NCBI RefSeq assembly: GCF_009914755.1
Contig: NC_060929.1
Direction: 5' to 3' (one strand)
DNA length: 64,000 nucleotides
Source: the human T2T-CHM13v2.0 reference genome, Homo sapiens
Below the pieces are notes generated by a model that was given only the letters and a program-made list of their open reading frames with translations, did no database searches and had not been told where the DNA came from. Below, one piece after another: positions 27,400 through 43,329 of the stretch. The stretch's first letter is position 1. Every line of letters begins with the position of its first letter. The position numbers were made by a program, and so were the translations under genes.

Positions 27400-28740
27400 G
27401 AAGCACCGTGCCAGACAAGTTTACCAAGTTCTACCAAACATTCCCTAAACAAAATGTCCCAACTTGAAACTATTCCAGGGTAGAGAAGGAGGGAGTGCTT
27501 GCCAGGTCATCTCAAACAACTATAATAATCTTGATACCTGATCAAGGACATCAATAATTATATATCAGTCTCACTCACAAACACAGATGGAAAAATATTG
27601 CAAAACATCCAAGAAAAGTAGAAAAAAAAAAAAACCACATTGTGACTAAGCCAGGCTTATCCTAGGAATGCCAGATGTTCTTAACATTGGAAAATCAGTT
27701 AACTCTCCACATTATCAGATTAAGGAAGAAAAATCAGGATCACCTCAACATATACAAAAAAGAAACCATTAGAAATTAAATATCTATTGGTATTTGTTTT
27801 TTAGAGCTGCCGTAACAAAATACCATCCACTGGGTGGTTTAAACAACAGAAATTTATTTTCTCACAGTTCTGGAGGCTAGAAGTCCGAGATCAAGGTTTC
27901 ATCAGGTTTGGTTTCTCCTGAAGCCTCTCTCCTTGGCTTGCAGATGGGCGCCTCCTCGCTCTGTCTTTTCTCTGTAGTTGTGTACCCCTGGTGTCTCTCT
28001 GTATGTCCAAATTGCCTCTTCTTAGGACCCTAGGATTATTGGATTAGGGCCTACTCTAACAGCCTCATTTTAACTACCTCTTTAAAGGATCTGTCTCCAA
28101 ATTTGGTCACATTCTAAGGTACTGGATGTTAAGGCTTCAACATATAAATTTGGGGGAGACATTATTCAGTCCATAACACCATTCATGGTTGGCAATCTAA
28201 GAGTAAAAGGGAATTTATTCTGATTGATGAAGGGTATCTACAAAAAACTTAAAGCAAACATATTCATTTGTGAAACTTTAAGTGTGCTTTAAGGTCAGAA
28301 ACAAGACAACGGTGTCAGCTATCACAGCTTCTATTCTACATTATACTAGAGAACCCGGACAGCATAACCAGAGAAAAAATATAAAGAATGGAGAGAAAGA
28401 AACAATTCATCGGCAGATTGTGGTTGTGTATGTAAAACACAAATCTGCCTATCAATTATTAAAGTTAAAATTAAATCTGTTACTCCTTAAAAATCAATAT
28501 AAAATGAATTGTATTTCTAGTTACTTAGCAACAAAGTTAGGAAATGTGTTTTTGAATATGTTTTTTTAAATGACCTTTAAAGTAGAAACTTTAAAAGCAC
28601 CTAAGAATAATTGTTATAACTTTAAGATTTTGAGAGAAGTTAAAAACCTAGAAAAATACAGAGATATGATGTTCATGGATGGAAAGACTGTAGAGATGTG
28701 AATTCTCCCCAACTTAACTTATAGATTTAAAACAAACAAT
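27400..28740 (+). mobile_element. Old, highly decayed L1M ORF2 fragment interrupted by an MLT1 LTR
   Basis: aagttctaccaaacatt...acacagatggaaaaatatt...cctaggaatgccag...gttcatggatggaaagact...cttatagatttaa. Confidence 0.65.
27789..28178 (-). mobile_element. MLT1A/B ERVL-MaLR solo LTR
   Basis: aacaacagaaatttattttctcacagttctggaggctagaagtccgagatcaagg...attcagtccataaca. Confidence 0.85.
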
Positions 28741-28874
28741 AACGTTTGAAATCACAGAGCACACTGTATAGAAACATTTCTTAACTGTTCTTAATTTGAG
28801 GGGAGTGCCCTCCTTTTTGTGAGTGAAGTGCCAGTCTTCTGCATATTTCTGTTGGCATTTACCATACTGTTTTG

Positions 28875-29110
28875 TGTATAGTGGTTAAGAGCACAGATGC
28901 CAGTCTGCCTGGGCTTGAATCTTGGCTTTCCCTCTTTCTAGTTCTGTGACCTTAGGCATGCTACTTAACATCTCAGTAACTTATTTACCCCATTTTATAG
29001 GTAGGAAACAAATAGCTACATCATCAGCCTTCTGGATTATTGAGATTAATAGTTAATGTCGTACATTAGAACAGTGCTGGGCACATAGTAAGCATTATGT
29101 AAGTGTTGGC
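28875..29110 (+). mobile_element. MIR, near full length
   Basis: tagtggttaagagcac...ctgtgaccttaggca...ttagaacagtgctgggcacatagtaagc. Confidence 0.85.
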
Positions 29111-29759
29111 TGCTGCTGCTGCTGTTTTCATTCTCTCTCCCACTAGTCGGAGTTCCTTGAAGGAAGGAAACTGTCTCATTGGATTGTGCACCTTTGGAGC
29201 CTACTTCAGTGTCTGTTAAATAACACAAAATACATTGTCAGTGGGGGCTGGGGATGAGCCACTGTCCTGAAGTGTCATATTTAAAGAAGCCTGATTCAGT
29301 GGCATAAAGTATTTGAAAAGGGAGTCCATTTTCTACTTATTTTGAATACTAAATGTCCAAAGCATGATCCATAACACTTGTAAAAGTACCCATATAATTA
29401 TTTATCCTTCACTTCTTCGCTGTTTAGAAGCCTTTTTTCACCAAATGCCTGAGATTCTCCCAACTTATTATCATGGTACTCAAGGTACAAGGGTTGAATG
29501 GACCTGATTCCTCAGTTCACGGTACCCTGTATTATCATCATTGGTCCACAACAGCGTTCCTCTCTCTAATTATTTCTTTTAATCCCTCTTAACTAATTCC
29601 TGTTCCTTCCTCTAACAGGAAATCATCCCAATATGCCTGATGTGCTTTTCCTACTTTGCTACCTGTCAACGTTGTCCATGATGTCCCTGGTTGAACAAAA
29701 ATCCTTGGATTTGATGTAATCTCTTCCACCAACTTTAAACCTAAGGGCTGGTGCTGCTG

Positions 29760-30150
29760 AAGTTAAAAAAGTCCTTTCCTACCACAAAATCAAGAAGCCA
29801 CAGCTTCAGTAAACTTTATAGCATTCCCTTTCATGTTTGGGTCTTTTACCCATTGTTACTCTATCTTTTGTATGTGGGGTTAAATTGAGATTATGTCCAT
29901 CTGTTTAACCAGGTTTCCAAAAACATCTGCTAAACAATTCATTCTTTTCTCCAGTGAGGTGGAGCCAACCCTTAACCTACATAAAATGCCTTCTATACAT
30001 GACTCTGCCTCTGAGCTCTCCTCTGTTTTATTGATCTGTTTATTCTGTGACAATACGGAACACATCAGTCTGTTTTTTTCTTTTCTCTCTAACCTGACCA
30101 CAATTCCTTTTATGTATATTGGCTTCATTGTCAATACTGCAAGAAATAAT
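29760..30150 (-). mobile_element. Old L1M ORF2 3' fragment
   Basis: ttcattcttttctccagtga...tctgagctctcctctgttttattgatctg resembles reverse L1 ORF2 3' sequence. Confidence 0.5.
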
Positions 30151-30429
30151 TTTTGGAAGCAAAAGGCAAAGCATTGAGTTTCTAAGTTCAGGGTTCTCTT
30201 TGGCAGGAGACTGGAGGAGTCTGTGCGCACCCACACCAGTAACTGTGTTCCTTCCTGAATGCATTAATCGTGGCATACTACTGTTCTCCTTTTCTGCTCA
30301 TTCCTTCAAATGTGCCTTTCCATTCAGTACTAGTCTGCAAAGCCTATAATGAAACAAAGGAGGAAATCCTTGTGATTTAATTTTGCTTTCAAAATAAATT
30401 ATTTTAAAGTTTAATACTCCAGAAGCAGT

Positions 30430-30716
30430 TTAATTAATTAATTAATTAATTTTATTTTTTTATTTTTTGACACAGGGTCTCACTTCACCCAGGCTGGAAT
30501 GCAGTGGTGTGATCACAGCTCACTATAGTCTCGATCTCCTGGGCCTCCCACATCAGCCTTGTAAGTAGCTGGGACCACATAATGTTTAAATTTTTTGTTA
30601 ATACAGGATCTCACTATGTTGCCTAGGCTAGTCTCAAACTCCTGGCCTCAAGCGATCTTCCTGCCTCTGCTTCCCAAAGTGCTGGGATTATAGGCATGAG
30701 CCACCGTGCCTGGCCC
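30430..30716 (-). mobile_element. AluJ with internal deletions and a (TTAA)n tail
   Basis: gtgatcacagctcactatag...ctcactatgttgcctagg...gagccaccgtgcctggcc. Confidence 0.9.
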
Positions 30717-31670
30717 AGAGACAGTTTACTTTTAAATCAATTGCTTAAACCTGACGTTACTCTTCTTAGAAGGAAAAGAGGGCATTTAAGAAAAAAAAAA
30801 TTGCATAAGAATTAACTGTTATCTTAATAATTAATTAACTAATGGGTTCATGAAAGACACTAACACATTCATGAGAGCCAAGCTTTTCCAATGCTTTCCC
30901 TGTCTCCTTGCCATGACCTTGAAGTCTTTGCCTGCATCTTGTGTTTAATGCCATGCCATGTAGACTGATTCATTGTAATGCTTTGTCCTTGAGAAGCTTT
31001 TCTTCAAATAGGAATCTCTAACATAATTGTGGTTTTTTATGTACCTGAGTAGTGTTGAATTCTCTGGGCAAATGAGAGCTAGAGAAGACAGTACTGTATG
31101 CTTGCTGCCAAAGTACATCAGTGAATGGACGTGTTCTGGACGTGCTTTATTCCACCAAGGCCTCTCTTTATTCCCTTTGTGTGTGTGTATGTTCTGGTAC
31201 ACGTTATGGCTGACTGATGGTGTGCCTGTGGTACTATTAGACCTGCTGGAAGACATCAAGGAAGAACAGCATGCTAGATATTATACCATATCTTCCTACT
31301 TCTCAGGCTGCCTCCAAGGTAATAGTTCAGAGAACAGAAGCAATTTGGAATTGGTAGAAATCATTTTGGCATTACAAAGGGCATCATAATGTTACAGACT
31401 AAGAGGTTTGGCTAGTTTTCTTAATAGGAAATGAAAGAAGCAATGGACCAAGGCATGTGACTTCATGAGATTTCAAATGGTCTAAAGAGTAATGGCTAAC
31501 TTACCACACCATAATCACATGCGGTGGCACAGCTATTTCATATAATTCTGATCCAGTTAGCTCAAGGGTTAAGATCAAGCATTGTCAGAAGACAGATCTA
31601 AATTTCAATCCCAGGTGCTTTATTAGCTGTGTGACCTTAAGAAGGATACTTAACCTCTGAAACTCAGTTA

Positions 31671-32100
<430 letters not shown>

Positions 32101-34699
32101 CTATCCTATGTACTGAAAGCCTTGTTGGAGGAATTGTGTTTTTATAGACAGTGCCTTTGACTTAGTCTGGAGAAGTAGAAGAATCCTGCTTCCACCATTG
32201 ACTTTTAAGGATCTCAGGAAAATTATTCCACTTTGGAGTTACAGTATCATCTTTAAAATGTTGATGAAATAAAGCAAAGTAAGCAAAAGGGAAAATTAAA
32301 GGGCAGCAGAGAGATGATGGCTTTGTTGATTCTTCTCTGCAGCATAACTCAGAATCAGAAGAAATGGTAAGATGGGCAATCCAGGAATAGTAAGCTGGCT
32401 TTGTGTGCCACTAAGCTCTATATTTTGTATTACCTATATGGAAGCCATAAGATGCATCCGTAGGAGACCCTCTGCTGCAACTAAAGTGAGTGATCAATCA
32501 TTAAATTTCTCAAACGTTTCAACAGGCTGCTTGGTTCATTTGCCCACTTCCATTGATATAAACCATGCCTGCCCTCCAGGATGGTTGTATGGTAGCATTG
32601 TAATGTACAAGCTTTAGTTGTATGTTACGTAGTGGACACAACACTATGTCTCCATGTGACAGATGGCAGTGCACATAAATGGAGAATCTCTGCACTTCTC
32701 TTTGGTAGCAGAAATATCTATAGAGATCGTACAACTAGGTAGAGCTCTCAGTTCCTATAAGTAAAATAACAGATAAATTATTATATAAAATAGCTGTGTT
32801 GGAAGAAATACTTTGAATCTCAAACTCCTAATCACTTATATTCATAAATGTTCTCCATTCAACATATTACTTTGATAATGTCTAGACTACTAAACTAAAA
32901 GTTCCAGACCACATACAAAGTATCCAGATGAAAGTGATGCTTTGACTGAATTACCAAGGAAAAATATCAGCTTTTGTCTTATGCCAGTAATCCTCACTGG
33001 TCCTCAACTTTTAGGATATATTTAGAAGGAGAAAAATAAAAATAAAAAATGTTGCCTGGTCCATACTAGTACAGAATGTTATTTACTAATATTAAGTGGG
33101 AATTCAGTTTACACCCTTTAAAAAGTATTATATCTCAGATGCCAAACTCTTCAGTAAGAAGGCCGGAAGCTCAGATAACTCAGCCATGTCATAGCAAGAT
33201 TAACAATTTTGTTTTGTCAGAGAATAAACAATCAGTTTTTACCACAAAGGGACACTTCAATGAGTTATTTATGGTAAGAAAAGGAAATTATAGCAATATT
33301 AAGACCATGTGCAGCTCCTATTCAAAATTAAGAAACTCACTATTGCATTGTTTATCTCAGCCTCAACATTCTTATGAGAAGTAATTAACAGTCGTTAGAG
33401 GTGTGGTTATTATGCCTGGTTAGGGAAGCAGTGGGGCTCTATTTGCTCAAACCTCTCAGGAAAAGGCTACAATTACTGTGTGGATACAGGAATATCACAG
33501 TTATGAGTGGTATTGTTCATAGGGCATTTCACAAGACAAAGCAATAATAAAATACTTAGTTCTTAGGATATCAAAGGTTATTTTGTGAAAATGATTTGAC
33601 ATACCACAATCCTAAAACTTGACAAACTACTCTCAAAATGTTTTAAGAATTATGTGAACCCAGAAACAAATGTGAAAACTGTTTTCACACAGGAAAGCCT
33701 CCACTGAGGATTATGAATCTTATGAAAGACAAATGCCCTGTTTTGAGTACACGGTGATATAGTTGGTCACCTTCAGGTATGCTTATTTATGTTTTGCAGG
33801 ATTGCAGTAATGGTTAAATAGTAGACCAAATTAGCATGTCTGGGTCTCCTCAAGTCTTATGTTTCCTTCAGTGGTCCCATATGAGTTACTAAAATTTCCA
33901 GTTTTATGTAGAATGCAGCATAGGTTGACCATAAACACAACTTTGTATCATTGTCCAAAGTTGTAAAACAGAGATTGTCACTGCAGGGTCATGCAACAGA
34001 AAGGGAGGAAATGCTGTTTTGTACCATATCAAAAATGATAAGCTACATTTTCCGAAGGACTAAAATATCCCTCTTATTGAGAACAGAAAGAAGGGCAAGA
34101 ATGACTTGTTTAAAACCTGCAAGTTGATAAGGAGCGATGTCCCAGCCTTTACAACATCATGGATGTAAACCTTGAGAAAGGAACAGGAAGCTTGTTTACA
34201 AATGAACAAATTCCTGCTTTTGTAAGAGAAAATTCAAGCTGTGGCACATTTTTTAAATTAATAGATGTTTTTAATAAATTGGTACCTAGGAGGGATTCAT
34301 CATGTTCACTGTGCTTGACAAGTACAGAATTAAGCGAGTTAAATCAGCTCCAAAGAAAAAAAGGCTGTGTAGGCAACCCATCAAATGACTGAAAGCTGGG
34401 GTAGTCCCTTCAGTGGGCGAACTGCTTATGCTACCTGAATAGACTTTGCTCAGAAAAGACTTCTATTGAAAGAACCACAGGTGTGAAGTTTATATGCGTT
34501 TGTAACAGTTTTCAATCAAATGCCTCATCAAATAGGGTAGTTTAACACTTGACGCATAAATTTGCATCAGAATCATAGCATCAACTAACTGGGAGAAAAT
34601 GGCAGTTAACTGTGAAGCTGTCCTGTGTAATAGGTGCTCTGCAATGCAATAGGCTCACAAAAATCCTGCCCCCGTTCCTAGTGGGATGCAGGATTACAT

Positions 34700-34935
34700 G
34701 GCAATTAACAATGTGAATTCTGGAGATGAATTCCACGCAAGTTCCAACTCACATCCCACCTTTTATTTGGGAAAGTTATTTAAATTTTCGATGCCTGAAT
34801 TTCCTTACCTGGAAAGTGCTGATAATAGAAACCACCTCCACACAAATTGTTTGGATTAAACTATTTAATACATGCAAAGCTATAAACCACTTAGAATGGC
34901 ACCTGGCATATAGTAAGCCCTCAAAATATTTTTTT
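34700..34935 (+). mobile_element. MIR
   Basis: ttgggaaagttatttaa...cacttagaatggcacctggcatatagtaagccctc. Confidence 0.75.
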
Positions 34936-36319
34936 TCTTACCCATGATTGTCAAGGATTACCTGGATCCTAGCAGAAGGGAAATTAAGGGCTAGATTGTG
35001 CAAGAAAAGTACTACTGGGGCCTATAATTCAAACCCTGGAAAAGAGGTAGGACATAGAAGGACATGAGATAAAGAACGTGGTTTATTTAGGGGAGGGGAT
35101 GGTAAATTCTAAGGGACTGAAAAAGGCAGAATTAAGCATGATCTTTTATTAAACAGCCTGACTGGAGTGGCAAAATCAGGTTGTGAGATGTGTCCGGTTG
35201 ATGGAGGGCTTGAATGTTATGGTTGAGGAGATCAGGCTCTGACAGGAAGCCACTATAGTCTCTCCAGGTAATGTTCTAAAAATAGTACTAATTCCTAGAA
35301 AACAAGATAGAATGTAGGGGAAGAGCCTAGAAGCAGATATTTCAGTTAAAAGGCATTGAGGCTTATCTAAGAATGCACAGGGTGAGGTTCTGGACCAGGG
35401 TGATAAGCATGACTGGAGGAGGAAAGCAACTGCCAAAGAAAAAATAGGAAGCCTTGAAATAATTAGATACGGGGATCAAAAGAGAGAGGAGGCAAAGATG
35501 TCTCTAGGATCTTGAGGTTGCCTCTACTGGCTAACATTTTACTTAAATGAGATAAGGCAGTAGTTGTTAGACAGTAGAAAATGAAGGGACTTTAGGAGCT
35601 GGCCTCACCCTTTGTATTTGAAGGTTTCCAAACCATCATTTGTGAAAGTGAGAGTGAGAAAGAAGGGGTCAAGACTCCTGAGTATTACAAGGGCATTTCC
35701 TGGGTAGCAGAGCTCCACCTAGTACAGCTGTTTGTGATTAGAACCACCTGAAGGATTAACAGCTCAAAAGGACTGACACTAAAGCAGAACAAGAGCTGCA
35801 AATAAGCCTTCTGGGGTCAGAATATAAAACGTTGAAGTCGTTTAACAGCTCTTTCATTAGTGTGGATTTTGTTGCCTATTTTACCTTAATGATTGGATTG
35901 AGTATCATGTTATATAATATTTCACAAGCAGTAATTCAATGTTCAAGTACTTTGAAGTATTTAGAAGTACTGCCTATTCTCCTCAATACTGGAAAGATCC
36001 TCATAGATTAGGAAAAGCCCGAACTAAGCAACCTAAATTCTCTTCCCACTAACCTGCTTAACTGTTCTAGGTTCCAATTTATTTAAAGAAGTGAGAGTTG
36101 GATGTTTTACCAATGTGGGATTTTCAGCACCTTGTCTTCCTTGGCTGAGGGGAGCCTCTGAAGGGATACTTGTTATTGGTCCTGCAAATGAACTGCTCCA
36201 GCTAGGTACAGGCTAAAAAAATGATTTACTCTCCTATGTTCTCCCTCTGATTCCCATGGCACAGTAGGAATTGCTCTAGGTCCCTTGTTCCTGATGAGCC
36301 CTAAATGCCTTTTGTCCCA

Positions 36320-36780
36320 CATGTTGCTGACATTCTCAGTTTGTTCTCTTCCACACTCCGTTTCTCCATTCTCTGACCCACCCTACTAACCGCATTCCCC
36401 AGGCTCCCTTGCCAATGGGAAACATCAGCTGGAGACGAGAAGGTGGGAGTTGAAGAGGGGCTGGAGTATTCACGCCTGGCACACCTGTCCTGCTATGGCA
36501 TAGTGTGGCAATAGCCGCATCCCTCTACATCCACAGCCCTTGCTGGCGGCCCCTTTCATGGCTCTAGCTCTCAGTAGACTGTGGTAACATTGGTTCTGTC
36601 CTTCGTGTCTTCATGCATGGAGGTGATAAGGGCTCCCTCTGGGGCTAGTTCTTGGTGCTTCACCATCCCTTGTTGATTCCCAGACCCCTGTTCACACCAA
36701 TGTAAATAGTCCCTTTATTAAATTCTCTTCCAAAACCCCAGCTAATGGTCTTCTCTTTCCTACCAAAACCCATTCTTTGA
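36320..36780 (+). mobile_element. ERVL LTR (LTR33-like)
   Basis: ggctcccttgccaatggg...ggtaaca...gtaaatagtccctttattaaattctctt resembles the LTR33 group. Confidence 0.6.
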
Positions 36781-37305
36781 GGAGTGTACAGTGATGAAGG
36801 CAAGCTGGTATAATCAGATGTCCCACATGAACATATAACATCATGGAGCTTTATTTTACATGGGTACATTTTTTTTCCTAAGGGTTTAGGTATGTAACTT
36901 TATGCCTGAAACTTTTATTAAGAAGGAATATTTTTAAATGGTATGAGACATCATAAAACAACTTAGTTTTTGAAGGGAAGCTATAAGTCAAATTCATTTT
37001 TATTTTAAGAATTTGCAAATTATAGACTTGAATAAGCGTATCAAACATTCCTAAACAGGCAAACACTGTTACAACTATATAGAAAAAGGGATTTATTATA
37101 GGGCTAAGACCTTACACAGTTTTACCAATGGAAGGGACTATGCAAGGCTGCTGTCTCTGCATTAGGTGTTGAGCCAGAAGTTGTTCTAAGTCAGCCAGAC
37201 CAAGTGGGAAGAAAAGTAAAGATGAACTTAAAACTCCTGAGAATGAGCTGGAACTGTGAGGATGAACTGGAATCCACATCAGTCTCAGACTGTCTCTACC
37301 TTTGA

Positions 37306-37795
<490 letters not shown>

Positions 37796-38334
37796 TCCTA
37801 CATTGACTTTCACAGTATAAAACAATAGGGCTGCAACCCCCCTTCTAATTTATAAACCTTCTACATATTTCTCCTATGGTCACTGCTAACTCAGAAGCAT
37901 AAAGATATGGGAATTCTGGAAAACATTTTTCTAGGACAGCAAATTTGTTCATTCTTCTTTTAGCTGAGTCGTACTCCCCATTGATATCCTGTAACTTATA
38001 CTGAGATATAAAAGTAATGACTATTATATCAGAAGTAGGGGAATGGGAGAAGGGAAGAAACATTTACTACATATATAGATACACTCATACCAAAATTAGG
38101 TAGAAAAATACTCATAACTATTATTGTCCTTGTTTCTGCAGCCATTATGTGGTTTGGTTTTTTGACTATATCTATTTTATATTCTCTTTTCCCTCGACAA
38201 TGTTTAATCTTGTCCTAGATCTTTGCTTATTGGGGTGACCCAATCCCTTCACATTCCTGAAGGATCTGAGCCACTTGCTGCCCTACCTAAATTGGGTTTT
38301 GGAATTTCCTATGAATATTAATCTCAGGATATAT

Positions 38335-39110
<776 letters not shown>

Positions 39111-42100
39111 ATATGGAATACAAAAATATGCTACAGGAAATCTGCATTTCTGACATACTCTTCCTTCTCTCCATTCTGTAGTTGTGAATGACCTAATTCC
39201 ACTGGATAGACAGGATCAATCATCCTAGTCAGTAGAATAACCCCCTCTTTTGCCTGATGATTAACTTGCATGAGGAATACAAAGTCACCAAGCTGTAGTC
39301 GCAACTTCTAATTTAATGGAACATTTTCTGTGTTCTTGGTAGAAACATCCCTCCCTTGGGAATTAAGAACCCTAGATTAGCACAGTATAAAGTTATGAAG
39401 TCAGGAAGCAAATTTTTGCCAGTGAATCACCAAAGATAAGATGAGCCATTCCTATTTCCAACCCTTGATTCCCCAAGTTCTGGCTAAGGGAGAAATAGCA
39501 CAATCTGGCTTAGACTATATACTGCATCCTGGAGGATATTCCTCCAGCCCTACAAGGTGCTGCCATGCAGCTATTGTCATAACCGAGTCTTCAGTGGCCA
39601 TTCAATCATTCTTTCAGGCCACTTGCTTCAGGGTGATGGGAAACATGATAAGACCAATGAATTCCAAGACCATGAGCACATTAGCATATGTTATGTGCTA
39701 TAAAACAAATTTCTTGGTCAGAAGCAATGCTGTGCTGAATACCATGAAGGTGAGTAAGGCATTTCGTAAGTCTACAGATGGCAGTTTTGATAAAAGCACT
39801 GTAGGCAGGGAAGGCAAATCCCTATCCAGGGTGAGTATCTATTCCACTGGGAACAAAGAGCTGCCACTTCTATAATGGAAGTGGTCCAGCATAATCAATC
39901 TGCCACCAGGTGGCTAGCTGGTTTTCTCCATCTTCACACCTGGCCTGGGAATGGTGCCATATCAGGGGTTCACTGTTGGACTTTGCTGTTGGGAGATTGA
40001 GCATTCAACAGCAGCTATAGCTGGATCAGCCTTGGTAGAAGAAAATCCATATTGTGAGCCCATACAGAAACTTCATTCCTATCATGGTTCAGCACTCACT
40101 AGGCAAGGCAAAGAATGGCTGTTGGAAAAGGCTGACTGACACCCACAGAACAGGTCAGCTTGTCCACCTGATTATTACAATACTCTTTTTCTGAGCTTGC
40201 TTTTCAGGGAGCATTGACATGAGACAGAAATATCTTCACACTCTGTGTGAACGCCATTTAGTCACATACTAGATTCCCAGACCTCTTTGGTCAGAAATTT
40301 TCTGATCATGTTTCTTTTCAGTCCCTGACTATGCACCTAAACCATTAGCTATTGCTCATGATGAATGTGGACCTCTAGCCATCCCTTTTTCTGGATGAAA
40401 TGGGCAAACAGACGTACTGCTCAAAGTTCTGCCCACTGGGAGGAAGATTTTCTTTAAATACTATCCTTCAGAGCCACCCTGGGATAGGGCTGTAGTGCTG
40501 CAGTCATCTACTTTTGGGTGTTGGTGGCAAATCATGCCGAATTTTCTAATTTTTTTTCGTCTTTGGTCAACTAGCCACAGACAATCCTCATGAAGCTTTA
40601 GATGCAGGTTAAGAGGAACGAGGCTATGCTGCAGCCATAGACATCTGGGCTACTTGTTCATGCAACTTCCTTGTGTCTTCAGCACCACCGGTGACTAAGG
40701 AGTCTTGTCTTGAGCTAGGGAATGGGGACATCTGGGGAATGTCAGGAGTTTTTAAGGCTGAGTTTCTAAGGTTACCAATTCTAGCTACTTGCCTCCTAGA
40801 AGGGGCAAGGAATGTGTTAGCCACTGCCCTACCCTACTCCTAAAGCCCTGCTATTATGTAGAACTGCCCCCCCCCCACCCCCCGCCCACCACCAACACCA
40901 ACACACCAACAACATAACTCTGCCACTTTGCGCTCCTCCCCATCCATGCTTCAGTCATTGGGAGTAGACGTCTACTGGAGCAACTAGCGGAAGAACTTCT
41001 CAGCCACCCTTTGTCAGAGTAAAGGTATTGTCGGTGAGGCGTTCCAGTGGTCTCATTGTGTAACTGTATAGATTCTGACATGCTCTGCTCCCTTTCTCCC
41101 TCCTAAGGGAAGTTGGGGCCATATCATGGTGAAATCTCTTAGTGTTAGTTTGTCCTTCAGATGTAGTAACACCGTCATTTGCCCTTTCCAGCATATGTCA
41201 TTTGGAATCATGATTTCTTCTATCTGCTGCAAATTCTGTCTCAGTTTTACATGCATCAGGCCTGTAGGAGACCCTTGGGTCTGGCCAGTGGCTGGAGCTG
41301 TTGGCTGAATGGACAGTGAATGACCACTGAATGGAAAGTCAGTGCTGTTTTTCTTTGGCATCTTAGAAGCTTATACTGAGTTTGGTAGGACTCACTGCCA
41401 AAGTATTGCCTGGTCTGGAGAAGGTAGAGACAAGGGAGAGTTGGGATTTCTACTATTTCCTACTAGCATCATTTGTCTGCCATAAGATGCCAAAATGCAG
41501 GGCCCCAGATTTGCAAGGTATGGAATTAGAGCACAAGGCTATTGAGGCAGGTCTGCATGTGAGATGGCCCCACCATTGGGTCACTATCAGGACCTGCTCT
41601 AAAGAGTCTATGGATTGTAGGAGAGTCACTATCATACAGTTCATGGACCCTGAAACCTTCCTGCCCAATCTCCATTCTCCTTAGATCTGCTAAGTTAGTC
41701 TCCATCTGTATTGCACAGTTTTCTGTGAAAAACCTTTAAAAGGGACTGGTACTTCCAGCCGACAACATAAACATGATGGTTATATTTGGGTGTGATCCTT
41801 AATTTAAAAAAATTTTAAGCTTGTTAGCATCCTCCAAATTGTCTGCAATTAAAACATACTACTTTTGTAAGTTCTCCAGGAAGATAGAGTTTAAGTAACA
41901 ATTAGCTTCTTGGCATCAAACACTGGTGGCCCATTTTTCATGAGGAGACTAGGAAATGGTACTCCATATTCATTGCTTCCACCCACTCTAAGTTCTGATT
42001 TCTCCCCTAAGCCCTTGATTGGTGTATAGCAAACCTAGTTTGTTTTATCATAGGATGGTTGTTTCCATATTAAATTCTAGTTTCTGTTATCCTGTATGTT

Positions 42101-43329
42101 TTAGAACCAAGGTGACTTTAAAAGCAGAGCAAGCTAAGCCTAAGTAATACAATCCTAGGAAAAATAGGGATGGCTTACTTCCTAATTCCATTCACTTTGA
42201 TTAAACATCTTGACCATATCTCTACCTCCAGCATTATTAGCAGAAAAAAAAAAGACTTGAGACGTAATGAGAGGGACTAACTAAAAATCTTATAGACTGA
42301 AGTTGTCACAACAGTTTTTTTTAAAGAGAACTAGCTTAAAGGTATATTTCTTCTATTTTTAAAGCTTATGGAAAAATTCTTGTTGCATATGTGTTATGGC
42401 AAAACAAAATGCAGGCATGGAAAAACAACTGACTTTAAAAATAGCAAAATACTTGACAGCCCAGCTTGAAGTCATTAAAAGTAGTACAGCCGGGGTCAGT
42501 TTATAGGTTTCTGTTTTTAATATGCATAAATAGTCTAGCACTTGGATGGAACAGACATGCAGCTGCCTCATCAGACTGATTAACTTTTCAATGGCCTCCC
42601 AGATACCCAAAAGTTGCTGGCACTGTCAGGGCAGTGCTAGGAGTCATGATAAGCCTGAAAAGTGAGATGTCTTCTACCTTCCTATATGAAGGAAAACCCA
42701 GAACTTCCGATAATGTCTTTTTTCTACTTAGAGCTGAAAGTCTTTTGAGTTCTGCTAATGAAAAAGAAACGCCCACTCCCACCTCAAGAACATCATTAGT
42801 ATGATAACACTTCCACTGCCCAGACTGACGGGGCCAGAGGGCCACACTGCTAACCCCCGAAATTAAAAAAAAAAAAACAAGGTAGGCCCCCTATCTTAAA
42901 TCACATAGAATGGTAGCAGTGTTTCATGTCCTTTCTAGGTGATGGAGTCACGGTCTCATAATACAGCACCAACCATTAATTCCATAAACATACAGCATGT
43001 CATGAAGTCCAGGGTCTGATGTTGTGGACAAGTGCAAGATTTCTAGAGAAAATATACATTGTCTTGCTTATGAAATAAGATTATGCATTTAAAATTTCAA
43101 AAATATTCGATGTCAAAGAATAAAAGAGTTAAGAGAAAGCCTATGATTAAAAGCCAAGTGACTGATAGGGAATTTCAGGAGAAAAAAAAACAGAATAAAT
43201 CAGAGTAGTCAGGGATGGCATAATAGAATTGGGACTTAACACAAAACACTTATTTAACACTTTCTATGAAATATGCCTTCTGAGAACTCACTGGTGAAAT
43301 CAAACCCAGATCCTGGCCTCTTGATACTT

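Noticed and set aside
39441-39875. 144-aa plus-strand ORF
   Set aside because: It is the antisense shadow of the decayed ERVL integrase on the minus strand, with no independent coding evidence.
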